DNA from: Candidatus Methylomirabilia bacterium
GTDB taxonomy: Bacteria; Methylomirabilota; Methylomirabilia; Rokubacteriales; CSP1-6
Reading direction: 5' to 3'
Assembly (NCBI GenBank): GCA_046758965.1
Contig: JBHIBG010000046.1
Coordinates: forward strand, 1-20,220
DNA length: 20,220 nucleotides
Shown: one piece after another, positions 1 to 9,887 of the stretch
How the letters are laid out: every line of letters begins with the position of its first letter
Position numbering within the stretch: the first letter of the stretch is position 1
The notes under the pieces: generated by a model
What the model was told of the DNA's origin: nothing
Database searches by the model: none
Seen by the model: the letters and a program-made list of their open reading frames with translations, nothing else
Translations under genes and position numbers: made by a program

Positions 1-701
1 TCCGAGCCGTTGTCGGAGTCGATCCCCTGGAGCGCAAAGGGCAGGGCCTGGCGCAGCTCCTCGAGGGCCTGCTGCACCCCGGCTTGGCTTTTACCCATGA
101 CGGCACGGGCTTCCACCCACGTGGTGTGGATGTCGGTGAGGTTGAGGGAATGGATGAACTCGCCCTCGCCCGAATTGCCAGAGTGGGAGACCAGGTCGAT
201 CTCGGAGAAGCCGGGCGTGGTCACCTCCCAGCGATCGGTCTTGAGGGGGATGTGGTGCTTCAAGAGGGTCCCGGGCTTGGTGCGCCCGTAAAGTCGCCTC
301 GTGAGTCGCCGCTTGTAGGGCTTGAGCCGGCGGTCCATCTGCCGGGGACTGAGGGCGAGAAGCTGCTGGTGGAGAGGGGGCGAGAGAGCAAAGCGGTTGC
401 GGGCCCAAGGCAGCCACAGCGGGAGCAGGGCCTTGAGCCGCACCGACCACGGGTAGCCCGCTGCCTCCCAGATCGCCGTGAGCACCTGGATCACCGAGAG
501 GGCGTAGCGGGGCGCCCGCCGGCGGCGCCGGGGTCGAGAGGGCCCTGGCGGCGGGCCGTGGAGGAGCCGGAGGGCGGACTTCCGGTGGTAGCCCGAGACC
601 TGGCAGAACTCGTCCAGGATCCGCTGCCTGTCGGTGCGGGAGGCCTGACGGTAGCGAGCATGGATTGCTCTGAGGTATTCCCATTTGGCGGCGTAGCTCA
701 C
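1..701 (-). CDS. rve/integrase-core DDE transposase (IS481/ISNCY-like), 5' part, runs off the window
   Basis: Manual translation from GTG at 701, with AAGGAGGG RBS ~8 nt upstream: MSYAAKWEYLRAIHARYRQASRTDRQRILDEFCQVSGYHRKSALRLL...PGFSEIDLVSHSG...LNLTDIHTTWVEARAV...LPFALQGIDSDNGS. The first two catalytic Asp motifs (EIDLV, DSDNGS) are visible. It is absent from the ORF track because there is no stop codon in the window. Confidence 0.9.
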   Translation of the reverse strand, partial: MSYAAKWEYLRAIHARYRQASRTDRQRILDEFCQVSGYHRKSALRLLHGPPPGPSRPRRRRRAPRYALSVIQVLTAIWEAAGYPWSVRLKALLPLWLPWARNRFALSPPLHQQLLALSPRQMDRRLKPYKRRLTRRLYGRTKPGTLLKHHIPLKTDRWEVTTPGFSEIDLVSHSGNSGEGEFIHSLNLTDIHTTWVEARAVMGKSQAGVQQALEELRQALPFALQGIDSDNGS

Positions 702-734
702 GTTGTAACCCTCCTTTGGTCTGACGACCGCAAG

Positions 735-791
735 GGTTACATCTTAAATGGCGCGATGATACCCTCCTCGGTAACATCTTAGACGGCGCGA
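735..791. repeat. Two imperfect 22-bp direct repeats at the presumed IS end (putative transposase binding sites)
   Basis: GGTTACATCTTAAATGGCGCGA (735-756) vs GGTAACATCTTAGACGGCGCGA (770-791): 19/22 identical, 35-bp period, directly upstream of the transposase start. Confidence 0.7.
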
Positions 792-800
792 GACGGAGTT

Positions 801-831
801 TTGACAGAGGGGGGGGTCCGTGATATATAGT
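801..831 (+). promoter_or_regulatory. sigma70 promoter of the rpsU operon
   Basis: Perfect TTGACA at 801-806, then 17 bp, then TATATA at 824-829 preceded by TG (extended -10). An alternative -10 is TATAGT at 826-831. Confidence 0.7.
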
Positions 832-886
832 TTACCGTTTATTCGCTTATTCGCTCGAAACTCCGCGGGAGGGGGGACGGGGGTCA

Positions 887-1081
887 GTGACCAGGGTAAT
901 CGTGGAGCCCGATGAGTCTTTCGAGAGCGCGCTCAAGCGCTTCAAGAAGCAGTGTGAAAAAGCGGGGCTCCTGTCTGAGTTCAAGAAGCGCCAGCATTAC
1001 GAGAAGCCCAGCGTGAAGCGCAAGCGCAAGGCGCTAGCAGCCAGGAAGAAGGCCAAGCGGCGGGAGCGGTTCTTCCAATAG
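887..1081 (+). CDS. rpsU: 30S ribosomal protein S21
   Basis: [18 protein letters not shown]...[12 protein letters not shown] signature; GTG start with a GGAGG-type RBS. Confidence 0.98.
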   Translation: MTRVIVEPDESFESALKRFKKQCEKAGLLSEFKKRQHYEKPSVKRKRKALAARKKAKRRERFFQ

Positions 1082-1145
1082 GTGCGCGCACAGTCGTTTG
1101 CGGGCGACCCCCACGAGGGACCGTCTGAGGGAGAAGCGTAGCCAG

Positions 1146-3515
1146 GTGGGTCGTCTCTGGAGTCGCGGAGTCGAGTGGGAGCAGGTGCAGGCTCTCCTCG
1201 CCCGAGAAGCCGTGACGCCGATGGGTCAAGAGTGTGCCCGGACGCTCTCGCCCTTGACTGACCTCGAGGCTGTTCGACAGGCCCTCTGGGAGACTCGCCA
1301 GGCCCGGCAGGCCGAAGCTCTCGCTGGGCTGCCGCCCTGGGGGGTCGTCCCTGATGTCTGCCCGAGCTTGGAACGGGCCGCGATGCCGGGAACTGTTCTT
1401 GAGGGGGCCGAGTTGGCGGCCTTGGTCCCCGTGCTGGAAGCTTCGACCCGCCTCACGGCGTACGGGAGCCGAGTCGAGCCAGCGGCTCCCACCTTGTCCC
1501 GCCGCTACCGCCAGCTCCCGCTCCTCCCCGCCCTTAGGGAGCTCCTCTCGCGCTCCCTCACCCCGGACGGGACGCTCAAAGATGAGGCGAGTCCCGCCCT
1601 CCGCCGCGTCCGACAGACGATCCGCAGCCTGAGGCGGGAGATCGTCAAGCGCCTGGAAGCCTTCTTCTCCTCCGCCGAAGCCCACACCACCTTCCAGGAC
1701 CGCTACGTCACCCTCAGGCACGGCCGCTACGTGCTCCCGGTCCGGGCCGAGGCCCGCTCCCGCGTGCGCGGCCTTGTCCACGACCGCTCCCAGAGCGGGG
1801 CGACGCTGTTCGTGGAGCCTGAAGCGGTCGTGGAAACCAACAACGAACTGATCGAGCTCTCCCGGGAGGAAGAGGCCGAGACCGCCCGGGTCCTCCGTGG
1901 CTTGACCGACGAGGTGAGAGGCCACCTCCCAGAGCTCCAGGCCCTGGTGGAGGAGATCGGCGCCCTGGACATGATCACCGCCCGAGCCGTCCTGGCCGAG
2001 CGCATGGAGGCGACCGAGCCGGAGCTGGACGAGAAGAAGAGGGTAGAGCTCCTGGCCGCCCGCCATCCGCTCCTCTTGGCCCAGAGCTGGAAGGACCCGT
2101 CGCGCCCCGTGGTGCCCGTGGATCTCCTCCTGTCGGCTGACCAGCCGCTCCTGGTGGTCACGGGATCCAACGCCGGGGGCAAGACAGTCGCCCTCAAGTG
2201 CCTGGGGCTCATGGCCCTGATGGCCCAAGCCGGCCTTCATCTGCCCGTGCGAGCCGGGAGCCGGCTCCCGGTGTTCTCCCGACTCTTCGCTGTGGTGGGA
2301 GACGATCAGAGCATCGCCGAGAACCTCTCCACCTTCTCCGCCTTCGTGGCCCAGCTGAAGACCATCCTCGACGAGGTCGACGACGGCTCGCTGGTGCTCC
2401 TCGACGAGCTCGGTGCGGGGACAGACCCCGATGAGGGCGCGGCGCTCGCCCAGGCCATCCTGGAGGAGCTCGAGGCCCGCGGGGTGCTGGTGATGGCGAC
2501 CACACACCTGGAGCCACTCAAGGCCTTCGCCGCCGTGCATCCCCGAGCCCGGAACGCCTCGGTGGAGTTTGACCGAGAGCACCTGACCCCGACCTTCCGT
2601 CTTGCATACGGTCGGCCCGGGCAGAGCTATGCCCTGACCATCGGAGCCCGGCTCGGGCTTCCGGCCACAGTGATCGAGCGCGCCCAGGCCACCCGCTCGG
2701 CCCAGGCCCGGACGCTGCAGGAGCTCCTGTCTCAGCTTGACTCCCAGGCCCGCGAGAGCTCCGAACGGGCGGCGGCGATCGAACGGGCCGAGACCCAGGC
2801 CGCCACTCTCCTGGCTCGGAGCAAGCTGGAGCTGGAGCACGCCGAGGCCAAGGCCCGCGAGGTCGTTGCCAAGGCCAGGGCCGAGGGAGCCTCGCTCCTC
2901 ACCGAGATCCGGCGGGGGGTGGCGGAGGAGTGGGAGCGACTCAAGACCGGCGAACGCTCGCGCCGAGCCCTGGAGGCGAGCCGCCAGCGTGTCAACGCCA
3001 TCGCCACCGCGCTCAGGGATAGTGAGCCTGACGTCGACGGGGGCTCGCCCCAGGTGGGGGATGCTGTGGAGGTGGCGCACCTCGGGCTTAAGGGAGCCCT
3101 GGTGGCCCAGGAGGGGAGCACCGCCACAATCCAGGCCGGGAACGTGACCGTGCGGGTGCCGGTCCAAGCGCTGCGCCTCCTCCCGGGCACCCGACCGGGT
3201 GTGGAGAAATCGGTCGCACCGCGCCCAGGGCGCTCGGCGCCAGTCACGCTGCCCGACAAGCCGGAGGTCCCTGCCGAGCTCCACCTGCTCGGCAAGACCA
3301 CCGAAGAGGCACGTGACTTCGTGGAAAAATATCTCGATGACGCCTTCCTGGGTGGGCTCGCCTCGGTCCGTCTGGTGCACGGCAAGGGGACCGGCGCGCT
3401 GAGGAGAGCGATCCACCAGCTCCTGGCTGCCCACCCGCTTGTGGAGCAGTTTCGAGACGGCGAGCCGCACGAAGGGGGCGGAGGCGCGACGGTGGTCGAA
3501 CTCCGAGCTGACTGA
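1146..3515 (+). CDS. mutS2: Endonuclease MutS2 (MutS ATPase plus C-terminal Smr domain)
   Basis: Walker A TGSNAGGKT, GDDQSIAENLSTFS, LLDELGAGTDPDEG, and Smr domain (LHLLGKT...VHGKGTG...GGGGATVVEL). The start is uncertain: GTG 1146 after GAGGGAG is preferred, while the ORF is open from TTG 1098. The stop overlaps the dnaG start (TGATG). Confidence 0.95.
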   Translation: MGRLWSRGVEWEQVQALLAREAVTPMGQECARTLSPLTDLEAVRQALWETRQARQAEALAGLPPWGVVPDVCPSLERAAMPGTVLEGAELAALVPVLEASTRLTAYGSRVEPAAPTLSRRYRQLPLLPALRELLSRSLTPDGTLKDEASPALRRVRQTIRSLRREIVKRLEAFFSSAEAHTTFQDRYVTLRHGRYVLPVRAEARSRVRGLVHDRSQSGATLFVEPEAVVETNNELIELSREEEAETARVLRGLTDEVRGHLPELQALVEEIGALDMITARAVLAERMEATEPELDEKKRVELLAARHPLLLAQSWKDPSRPVVPVDLLLSADQPLLVVTGSNAGGKTVALKCLGLMALMAQAGLHLPVRAGSRLPVFSRLFAVVGDDQSIAENLSTFSAFVAQLKTILDEVDDGSLVLLDELGAGTDPDEGAALAQAILEELEARGVLVMATTHLEPLKAFAAVHPRARNASVEFDREHLTPTFRLAYGRPGQSYALTIGARLGLPATVIERAQATRSAQARTLQELLSQLDSQARESSERAAAIERAETQAATLLARSKLELEHAEAKAREVVAKARAEGASLLTEIRRGVAEEWERLKTGERSRRALEASRQRVNAIATALRDSEPDVDGGSPQVGDAVEVAHLGLKGALVAQEGSTATIQAGNVTVRVPVQALRLLPGTRPGVEKSVAPRPGRSAPVTLPDKPEVPAELHLLGKTTEEARDFVEKYLDDAFLGGLASVRLVHGKGTGALRRAIHQLLAAHPLVEQFRDGEPHEGGGGATVVELRAD

Positions 3516-5338
3516 TGGCGGCGGGATTCTCGTCGGTGCTCCTCGAAGAGGTTCGCTCCCGCGTGGACCTGGTCGATCTCATCGGCCAGTTCGTGAATCT
3601 CCGGCGCGCTGGCGAGAGCTGGAAAGGGCTCTGCCCGTTCCACGCCGAAAAGACCCCTTCGTTTACGGTGAACCCGAAACGAGCGGTCTTCCACTGCTTC
3701 GGGTGCGGTGTCGGAGGCGACGCCTTCGGGTTCCTCATGCGGCAGGACCGCCTCTCTTTCCCCGAGGCGGTGCGAGCGCTGGCGCAACGCGCCGGAGTCG
3801 CCCTCCCCACCCAGCCGCTGGGCGAGGCGAAGGGCGCGCGCGAGGCCCTCTACAGAGTCATGGCCCTGGCAGCCGACTTCTACGCCGAGACGCTCTGGAA
3901 CCGGCCAGACGGGGAGCACGCCCGGCGGTATCTGGAGCGCCGCGGCATCGACCCGCTCATCGCCAAGCGCTTCGGCCTCGGCTATGCCCCGGAGGGGTGG
4001 GATCACCTCCTGACCTTCATGAAAGGTTCGGGGCTGAGCGAAGAGCTGCTGGTCCAGGCAGGCCTCCTTGTCGCCCGGCAGAGCGGCCCAGGCTTCTACG
4101 ACCGGTTCCGCGGGCGACTCGTCTTCCCCATCCGGGACCTCCAGGGAAGGCCCATCGCGTTTGGCGGCCGGGCCTTGGGGGTGGAGGAGCCGAAGTATTT
4201 GAACTCGCCGGAGACCCCCCTCTACGTGAAGGGGCAGATATTGTATTCGCTGGACCAGGCCCGAGAGGCGATCCGCGGAAAGAACCGGGCGCTCCTCGTC
4301 GAGGGGTATGTCGACTGCCTCATGGCGCACCAGCACGGGTTTGCCGAAACCGTAGCCGCGTTGGGAACGGCCTTTACGGGCGCCCAGTTCGGCGTGCTCC
4401 GCCGCTACTGCGACCAGGTCATCACCTTCTTCGACGATGACGCGGCGGGCCGGAGGGCGGCCGCGCGCGCGGAGGAGCTGCTCGAGCCCGCCGGTTCGGG
4501 CCTCGCATGGGCGGTCAACCGAACCGGGAGCTTTGGCGCGAGCCGCTCGCTCGAGGTCAAGGTGGCCCTGCTTCCCGGCGGTCACGATCCGGATTCGTTC
4601 CTCAGGGCCGAGGGGCCTCACGGCTTGGACCAGCGCATCCGGGACGCCCGGAGTCTCCTGGCCTTCGCGGTGGAGCGGGCGCTGGAGGAAGAGAACGTGG
4701 CCTCCGCCAGGGGGCGCGCGACCGCCTTCGCCCGCATCGCCCTCATCCTGTCCAAGGCGAGCGGCTCCCAGGAGGCCGCCGAGCTCTCCCGCGAAGGAGC
4801 CCGCAAGCTTGGCGTGGATTCCACCCAGCTCTGGATCGAGGCCCAGCGGCTGCAGCAGGCGCTCACGAAGGCCGGTGGAATGCGCCGGACCGACGAGCCC
4901 CGATCTGACGAGATGCCCGTCCCGGTGTTCGAGCAGGACCTTCTCCACCTCATCGTGGCGAACGGGCAGGCGAGGGAGGAGCTGCTGCCGGTGCTGGATC
5001 CGGAGGACCTCAGTCATCCGGTGAGCCGAGAGCTGCTGGATCTCCTTCGGCACCATTCCGACCTGGCCCCAACCCAGATCCTGAGCCTCGCTGAGTCCGA
5101 CAGCTGCCGGGGGATCCTCTCGAAATTCCTTCTGACCGAGCCTCGATGGGACTATTCGGTCCAGGCGGCGAGGAATTGGGTAGAGCGTCGCCACCGCACC
5201 CGAAGGGTTCGGGAGATCGCGCAGGCGATCTCCGTGACCGGCGGGGATAGGGACCGAACGGCGCAGCTCAGGGAGCTTCACGCCGAGGCTGACGAGATTC
5301 GTCGTCTCAGCCTGGGAAACAGCCCGGAGCAGTTCTAG
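3515..5338 (+). CDS. dnaG: DNA primase
   Basis: CHC2 zinc finger (CPFHAEKTPSF...CFGC), YDRFRGR, KYLNSPET, and Toprim motifs VEGYVD and FDDDAAG. Confidence 0.98.
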   Translation: MAAGFSSVLLEEVRSRVDLVDLIGQFVNLRRAGESWKGLCPFHAEKTPSFTVNPKRAVFHCFGCGVGGDAFGFLMRQDRLSFPEAVRALAQRAGVALPTQPLGEAKGAREALYRVMALAADFYAETLWNRPDGEHARRYLERRGIDPLIAKRFGLGYAPEGWDHLLTFMKGSGLSEELLVQAGLLVARQSGPGFYDRFRGRLVFPIRDLQGRPIAFGGRALGVEEPKYLNSPETPLYVKGQILYSLDQAREAIRGKNRALLVEGYVDCLMAHQHGFAETVAALGTAFTGAQFGVLRRYCDQVITFFDDDAAGRRAAARAEELLEPAGSGLAWAVNRTGSFGASRSLEVKVALLPGGHDPDSFLRAEGPHGLDQRIRDARSLLAFAVERALEEENVASARGRATAFARIALILSKASGSQEAAELSREGARKLGVDSTQLWIEAQRLQQALTKAGGMRRTDEPRSDEMPVPVFEQDLLHLIVANGQAREELLPVLDPEDLSHPVSRELLDLLRHHSDLAPTQILSLAESDSCRGILSKFLLTEPRWDYSVQAARNWVERRHRTRRVREIAQAISVTGGDRDRTAQLRELHAEADEIRRLSLGNSPEQF

Positions 5339-5359
5339 GGCGCGAAGGAGTCGCTACCA

Positions 5360-7138
<1,779 letters not shown>

Positions 7139-7190
7139 GCGCCCGGGGGGCCGCTGGCGGGTCCCGAGCTCGCTCCGCAGGCCCACCTCT

Positions 7191-7218
7191 TTGCCCCCCT
7201 TCCCCGCTGCGGTATCAT
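7191..7218 (+). promoter_or_regulatory. Putative promoter for the tRNA
   Basis: TTGCCC (7191-7196), 16 bp, TATCAT (7213-7218), ending 7 nt before the tRNA 5' end. Confidence 0.45.
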
Positions 7219-7225
7219 GATCCGT

Positions 7226-7302
7226 GGGCCCATAGCTCAATTCGGCAGAGCAGCCGGCTCATAACCGGTCAGGTCCTGGTTCGAGCCCGGGTGGGCCCAC
7301 CA
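7226..7302 (+). tRNA. tRNA with CAU anticodon, most likely tRNA-Ile2 (lysidine-modified)
   Basis: Cloverleaf with GGGCCCA/TGGGCCC acceptor stem, anticodon arm CCGG-CTCATAA-CCGG, GGTTCGAG T-loop and encoded CCA. The G1-C72 pair excludes initiator tRNA. C4-G69/C5-G68 and the position after rpoD fit Ile2. Confidence 0.93.
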
Positions 7303-7317
7303 TCTGAGGGAGGATAA

Positions 7318-8028
7318 GTGGATCGGCAGCTTCAGGTGCTCATCGATCTGCAGGGACTCGATTCAAAGATCGCCTCCCTGGAGGGCGAGGAGGCCAGGCT
7401 CCCGCGGCTGCTCGAGGCGATCCGCACGGATGTCGCCCAGGCGGTGGAGACCATGGAGACCCTCAAGGCCAAGATCGATGCCACCAGGAAGGAGATCCAC
7501 CTGAAGGAAAAGGACCTGGAGTTCTCAGCCGCCAAGCGCGCCAAAGCCGAGGCTCGGCTCTACGAGGTGAAGACCAACAAAGAGTACTCTGCTGTGCTGA
7601 CGGAGATTGAAGAGATCAAGCAGGAGAAGTCCCGGATCGAGGAGCAGGTCCTGGCGCTCATGGAGAGGCAGGAGCGGCTCGCCGGAGAGATCCGGGAGGC
7701 CGAAGCGCGGCGCCAGAGCCACGAGGCCAAGGGGAAGATCGAAGAGGCGGAGATTGAAAAGCGCCTCGTCGCACTGCAGGCCGACCTCGCCCTCCTCCGT
7801 TCGGACCGCAGCGACCTGGCCCGCCAGCTTCCCATCGAGCTGCTGGCCAGCTACGAGAAGGTCCTCCGCCACCGGACCCACCTCGCCGTGGTTCCAGCGC
7901 TGGCCGGCGGAATCTGCGGCGGCTGCCGCATGAGCCTGACCCCGCAGACCTTCCAGGAGCTCAAGCAGCAGGCGACCCTCCACATCTGCGAGAGCTGCGG
8001 CCGGTACCTCTACTGGTCCCAAGAGTAG
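7318..8028 (+). CDS. Coiled-coil plus C4-type zinc-ribbon protein (CT398/HP0958-like, zf-RING_7)
   Basis: Long coiled coil with VKTNKEYSAVLTEIE, C-terminal CGGC...CESCGRYLY, GAGGGAGG RBS and GTG start. Confidence 0.92.
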   Translation: MDRQLQVLIDLQGLDSKIASLEGEEARLPRLLEAIRTDVAQAVETMETLKAKIDATRKEIHLKEKDLEFSAAKRAKAEARLYEVKTNKEYSAVLTEIEEIKQEKSRIEEQVLALMERQERLAGEIREAEARRQSHEAKGKIEEAEIEKRLVALQADLALLRSDRSDLARQLPIELLASYEKVLRHRTHLAVVPALAGGICGGCRMSLTPQTFQELKQQATLHICESCGRYLYWSQE

Positions 8029-8080
8029 GCCCTGGAAGAAGCCTCGCTCAAGAACCCCCGCGGCGCACCGCCACTCGCTC

Positions 8081-8509
8081 ATGATGCCCCCTGACCGGAG
8101 CCCTCTGGAGCTCATCATCTACGTCGACGGCTCGGTGGAAGGCAATCCGGGCCCAGGAGGGATCGGCGTGGTGATCGAGGCGAGCGACGGAGCCCCGGTG
8201 GCAGCGTGGGGGGAAGCCATCGGGCATGCCACCAACAACCAGGCGGAGTACGAGGCGCTCCTGGCCGGGCTCCGGAAGGCCCGGCAACTCGGTGCCCGGG
8301 CAGTCGCGGTCCGCTCTGACTCCCAGCTCCTTGTCCGCCAGTTCTTGGGTGAGTATCGTGTGAAAGACGCCAAGCTCCGACCCCTTCACGAGGAGGCCCT
8401 CCGCCTGGCGAGGCAGTTCCAGCGATTCGCCATCGAGCACATCCCGCGCGAGCGGAATCGTGCCGCCGATCAGTTGGCCAACCGCGCCCGCCTCGGCAAA
8501 CCGTCCTAG
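8081..8509 (+). CDS. rnhA: Ribonuclease HI family protein
   Basis: Catalytic motifs YVDGSVEGNPGPGG, TNNQAEYEAL, SDSQL and HIPRERNRAADQLAN. Confidence 0.93.
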   Translation: MMPPDRSPLELIIYVDGSVEGNPGPGGIGVVIEASDGAPVAAWGEAIGHATNNQAEYEALLAGLRKARQLGARAVAVRSDSQLLVRQFLGEYRVKDAKLRPLHEEALRLARQFQRFAIEHIPRERNRAADQLANRARLGKPS

Positions 8510-8542
8510 GGCACCCGGGTCCCCCACGATCATGCTTGGGGA

Positions 8543-8551
8543 TGCTATAAT
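8543..8551 (+). promoter_or_regulatory. Extended -10 promoter of rnpB
   Basis: TG-C-TATAAT, a perfect extended -10, ~28 nt upstream of helix P1. Confidence 0.7.
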
Positions 8552-8578
8552 ACGATTTTGCAATTCGTTCTTTGACTG

Positions 8579-8980
8579 GCGCCAGAGAAGGCCGGATGGT
8601 CGCCGGCTGCCGCCCGCGGGCAGCGGGAGGAAAGTCCGGGCTCCGGAGGGCAGGGTGCTGGGTAACGCCCAGGGGGGGCAACCCCACGGACAGTGCCACA
8701 GAGAATAGACCGCCGTCCCGCGAGGGGCGGTAAGGGTGAAACGGTGAGGTAAGAGCTCACCAGCAGCCCGGGTGACCGGGCTGGCTCGGCAAACCCCACC
8801 CGGAGCAAGGCCAAATAGGAGAGCAACTCCGCTCACCGGGCGGGGGAAGCGTGGCCCGCGCGTCGCTCTCGGGTTCGGCCGCTTGAGGTGCCGGGTAACC
8901 GGCATCCTAGAGAAATGACCATCACCTGAGCAGGAAACCGCCCAGGGAACAGAACCCGGCTTACAGGCCTTCTCTGGCGC
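8579..8980 (+). ncRNA. rnpB: RNase P RNA, bacterial type A
   Basis: Conserved blocks GAGGAAAGTCCGGGCTCC, CAGTGCCACAGAGAA, GGGTGAAACGG, GGCAAACCCCACCCGGAGCAAGGCCAAATAGG and ACAGAACCCGGCTTA. The terminal helix GCGCCAGAGAAGGCC pairs with GGCCTTCTCTGGCGC and is followed by a T-rich tract. Confidence 0.98.
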
Positions 8981-9005
8981 TTTTCTTTGTTTCTCGGTAG
9001 TTACG
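8952..9005 (+). repeat. attL: left copy of a perfect 54-bp direct repeat (3' end of rnpB plus downstream flank)
   Basis: GAACCCGGCTTACAGGCCTTCTCTGGCGCTTTTCTTTGTTTCTCGGTAGTTACG is identical to 20035-20088. Confidence 0.95.
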
Positions 9006-9062
9006 GCTCACTTCTCGAACCCAGAGAAAGATCGTAGACAACATCGCAGCATAATCCGGACC

Positions 9063-9167
9063 TTATTCCTCTCCTGTCCGTACCGCCTGCTGCCATTCTG
9101 ACGGCAACCTCAGCGCGGCTTCGCCGAGCTGGGCATTGACGACCTCCGTGTAGATCCGCGTCGCCAT
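9063..9167 (-). pseudogene. Probable C-terminal remnant of a tyrosine recombinase/integrase
   Basis: Translates as MATRIYTEVVNAQLGEAALRLPSEWQQAVRTGEE*. TRIYTEV resembles the catalytic-Tyr motif TTxIYTHV. It lies 57 bp from attL and points toward it. The upstream box II (LGH) is missing and there is an in-frame stop at 9198-9200. Confidence 0.55.
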
Positions 9168-9587
9168 TTCGCTGCCACCGGCGCAGCCAGGGAGCGGTCA
9201 GCTCATGTGTCCGCTACACCATTGACAGGTTTAGCTTGACACTTTATTTATGGTCTGTGAGTATGTCACACGCATGGCCGACGCTGAGGAGCCGAGCGTA
9301 GAGATGCATCGCGGAGACGATATCGGGCGGGGAGGGCAGGTGTGGAACCGCTAGATATTGTGGCTAGCCGCCCCGTATTCCGCAACCATGACCCTACATC
9401 TTGTAGATCGTGTGGCGGGGTCCGGGAGCTCTGCTTGGTCTGCGAGTTCTGCCGGGATTGCCATGACCTCGTCTGGCCGCAGGGGCAGTGATGCGCCTCT
9501 CGATCGGCCCTTGTGCCCTGAGATCAGGCAGGGGTGAGCAGCGCGTCCTACCAATGACCTCCTGCTAACTCCTGCTGGAGAGAGAAC

Positions 9588-9809
9588 GTGGCAGGCGAGA
9601 TCATCACGGCATCCAAGGTCGCCGCGCTTCTCAAGATCAATGTCAGAACCGTGTACCGCCTGGCCCGGGCGGGCGTGATTCCCGGAAACAGAATCCGACG
9701 CATGTGGCGCTTCACGGAATCGGAGATTCTGGGGCTAGTGGCCGGGAGGGACGAGCAACAAAAAGACGGAAACCAGCCGAATAGAAAACGGGGCATCCGT
9801 ACATCTTAG
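9588..9809 (+). CDS. Excisionase-like MerR-type winged HTH protein (HTH_17)
   Basis: IITASKVAALLKINVRTVYRLARAGVIPGNRIRRMWRF matches the excisionase-family pattern; GGAGAGAG RBS and GTG start. Confidence 0.85.
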   Translation: MAGEIITASKVAALLKINVRTVYRLARAGVIPGNRIRRMWRFTESEILGLVAGRDEQQKDGNQPNRKRGIRTS

Positions 9810-9887
9810 CGGGGTGAGGCTGTCGCTCCGGGCTATCGCCACCTCGAAGGAGAGGCGTGAGGTAACTAAAGGCGAAACGAGCGACAC

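Noticed and set aside
84..782. ORFs 10-291 (+), 84-782 (+) and 91-777 (-)
   Set aside because: Alternative frames over the real transposase, which starts at 701 on the minus strand in a different frame.
981..5281. Very long antisense ORFs (981-3470, 829 aa; 2732-5281, 849 aa)
   Set aside because: Shadow frames of mutS2/dnaG caused by high-GC codon bias; no recognisable motifs.
7226..7302. Calling the CAU tRNA initiator or elongator Met
   Set aside because: It has a paired 1-72 and lacks the three G-C anticodon-stem pairs of initiator tRNA. The acceptor stem and rpoD linkage favour Ile2, though elongator Met is not fully excluded.
8048..8905. ORFs overlapping RNase HI and rnpB (8048-8905, 8115-8699, 8460-8708, 8545-8826)
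   Set aside because: Antisense or overlapping translations of the structured RNase P RNA and rnhA, a common false annotation.
9256..9270. CRP binding site
   Set aside because: The half-sites match TGTGA/TCACA but the spacer is 5 bp rather than the canonical 6.
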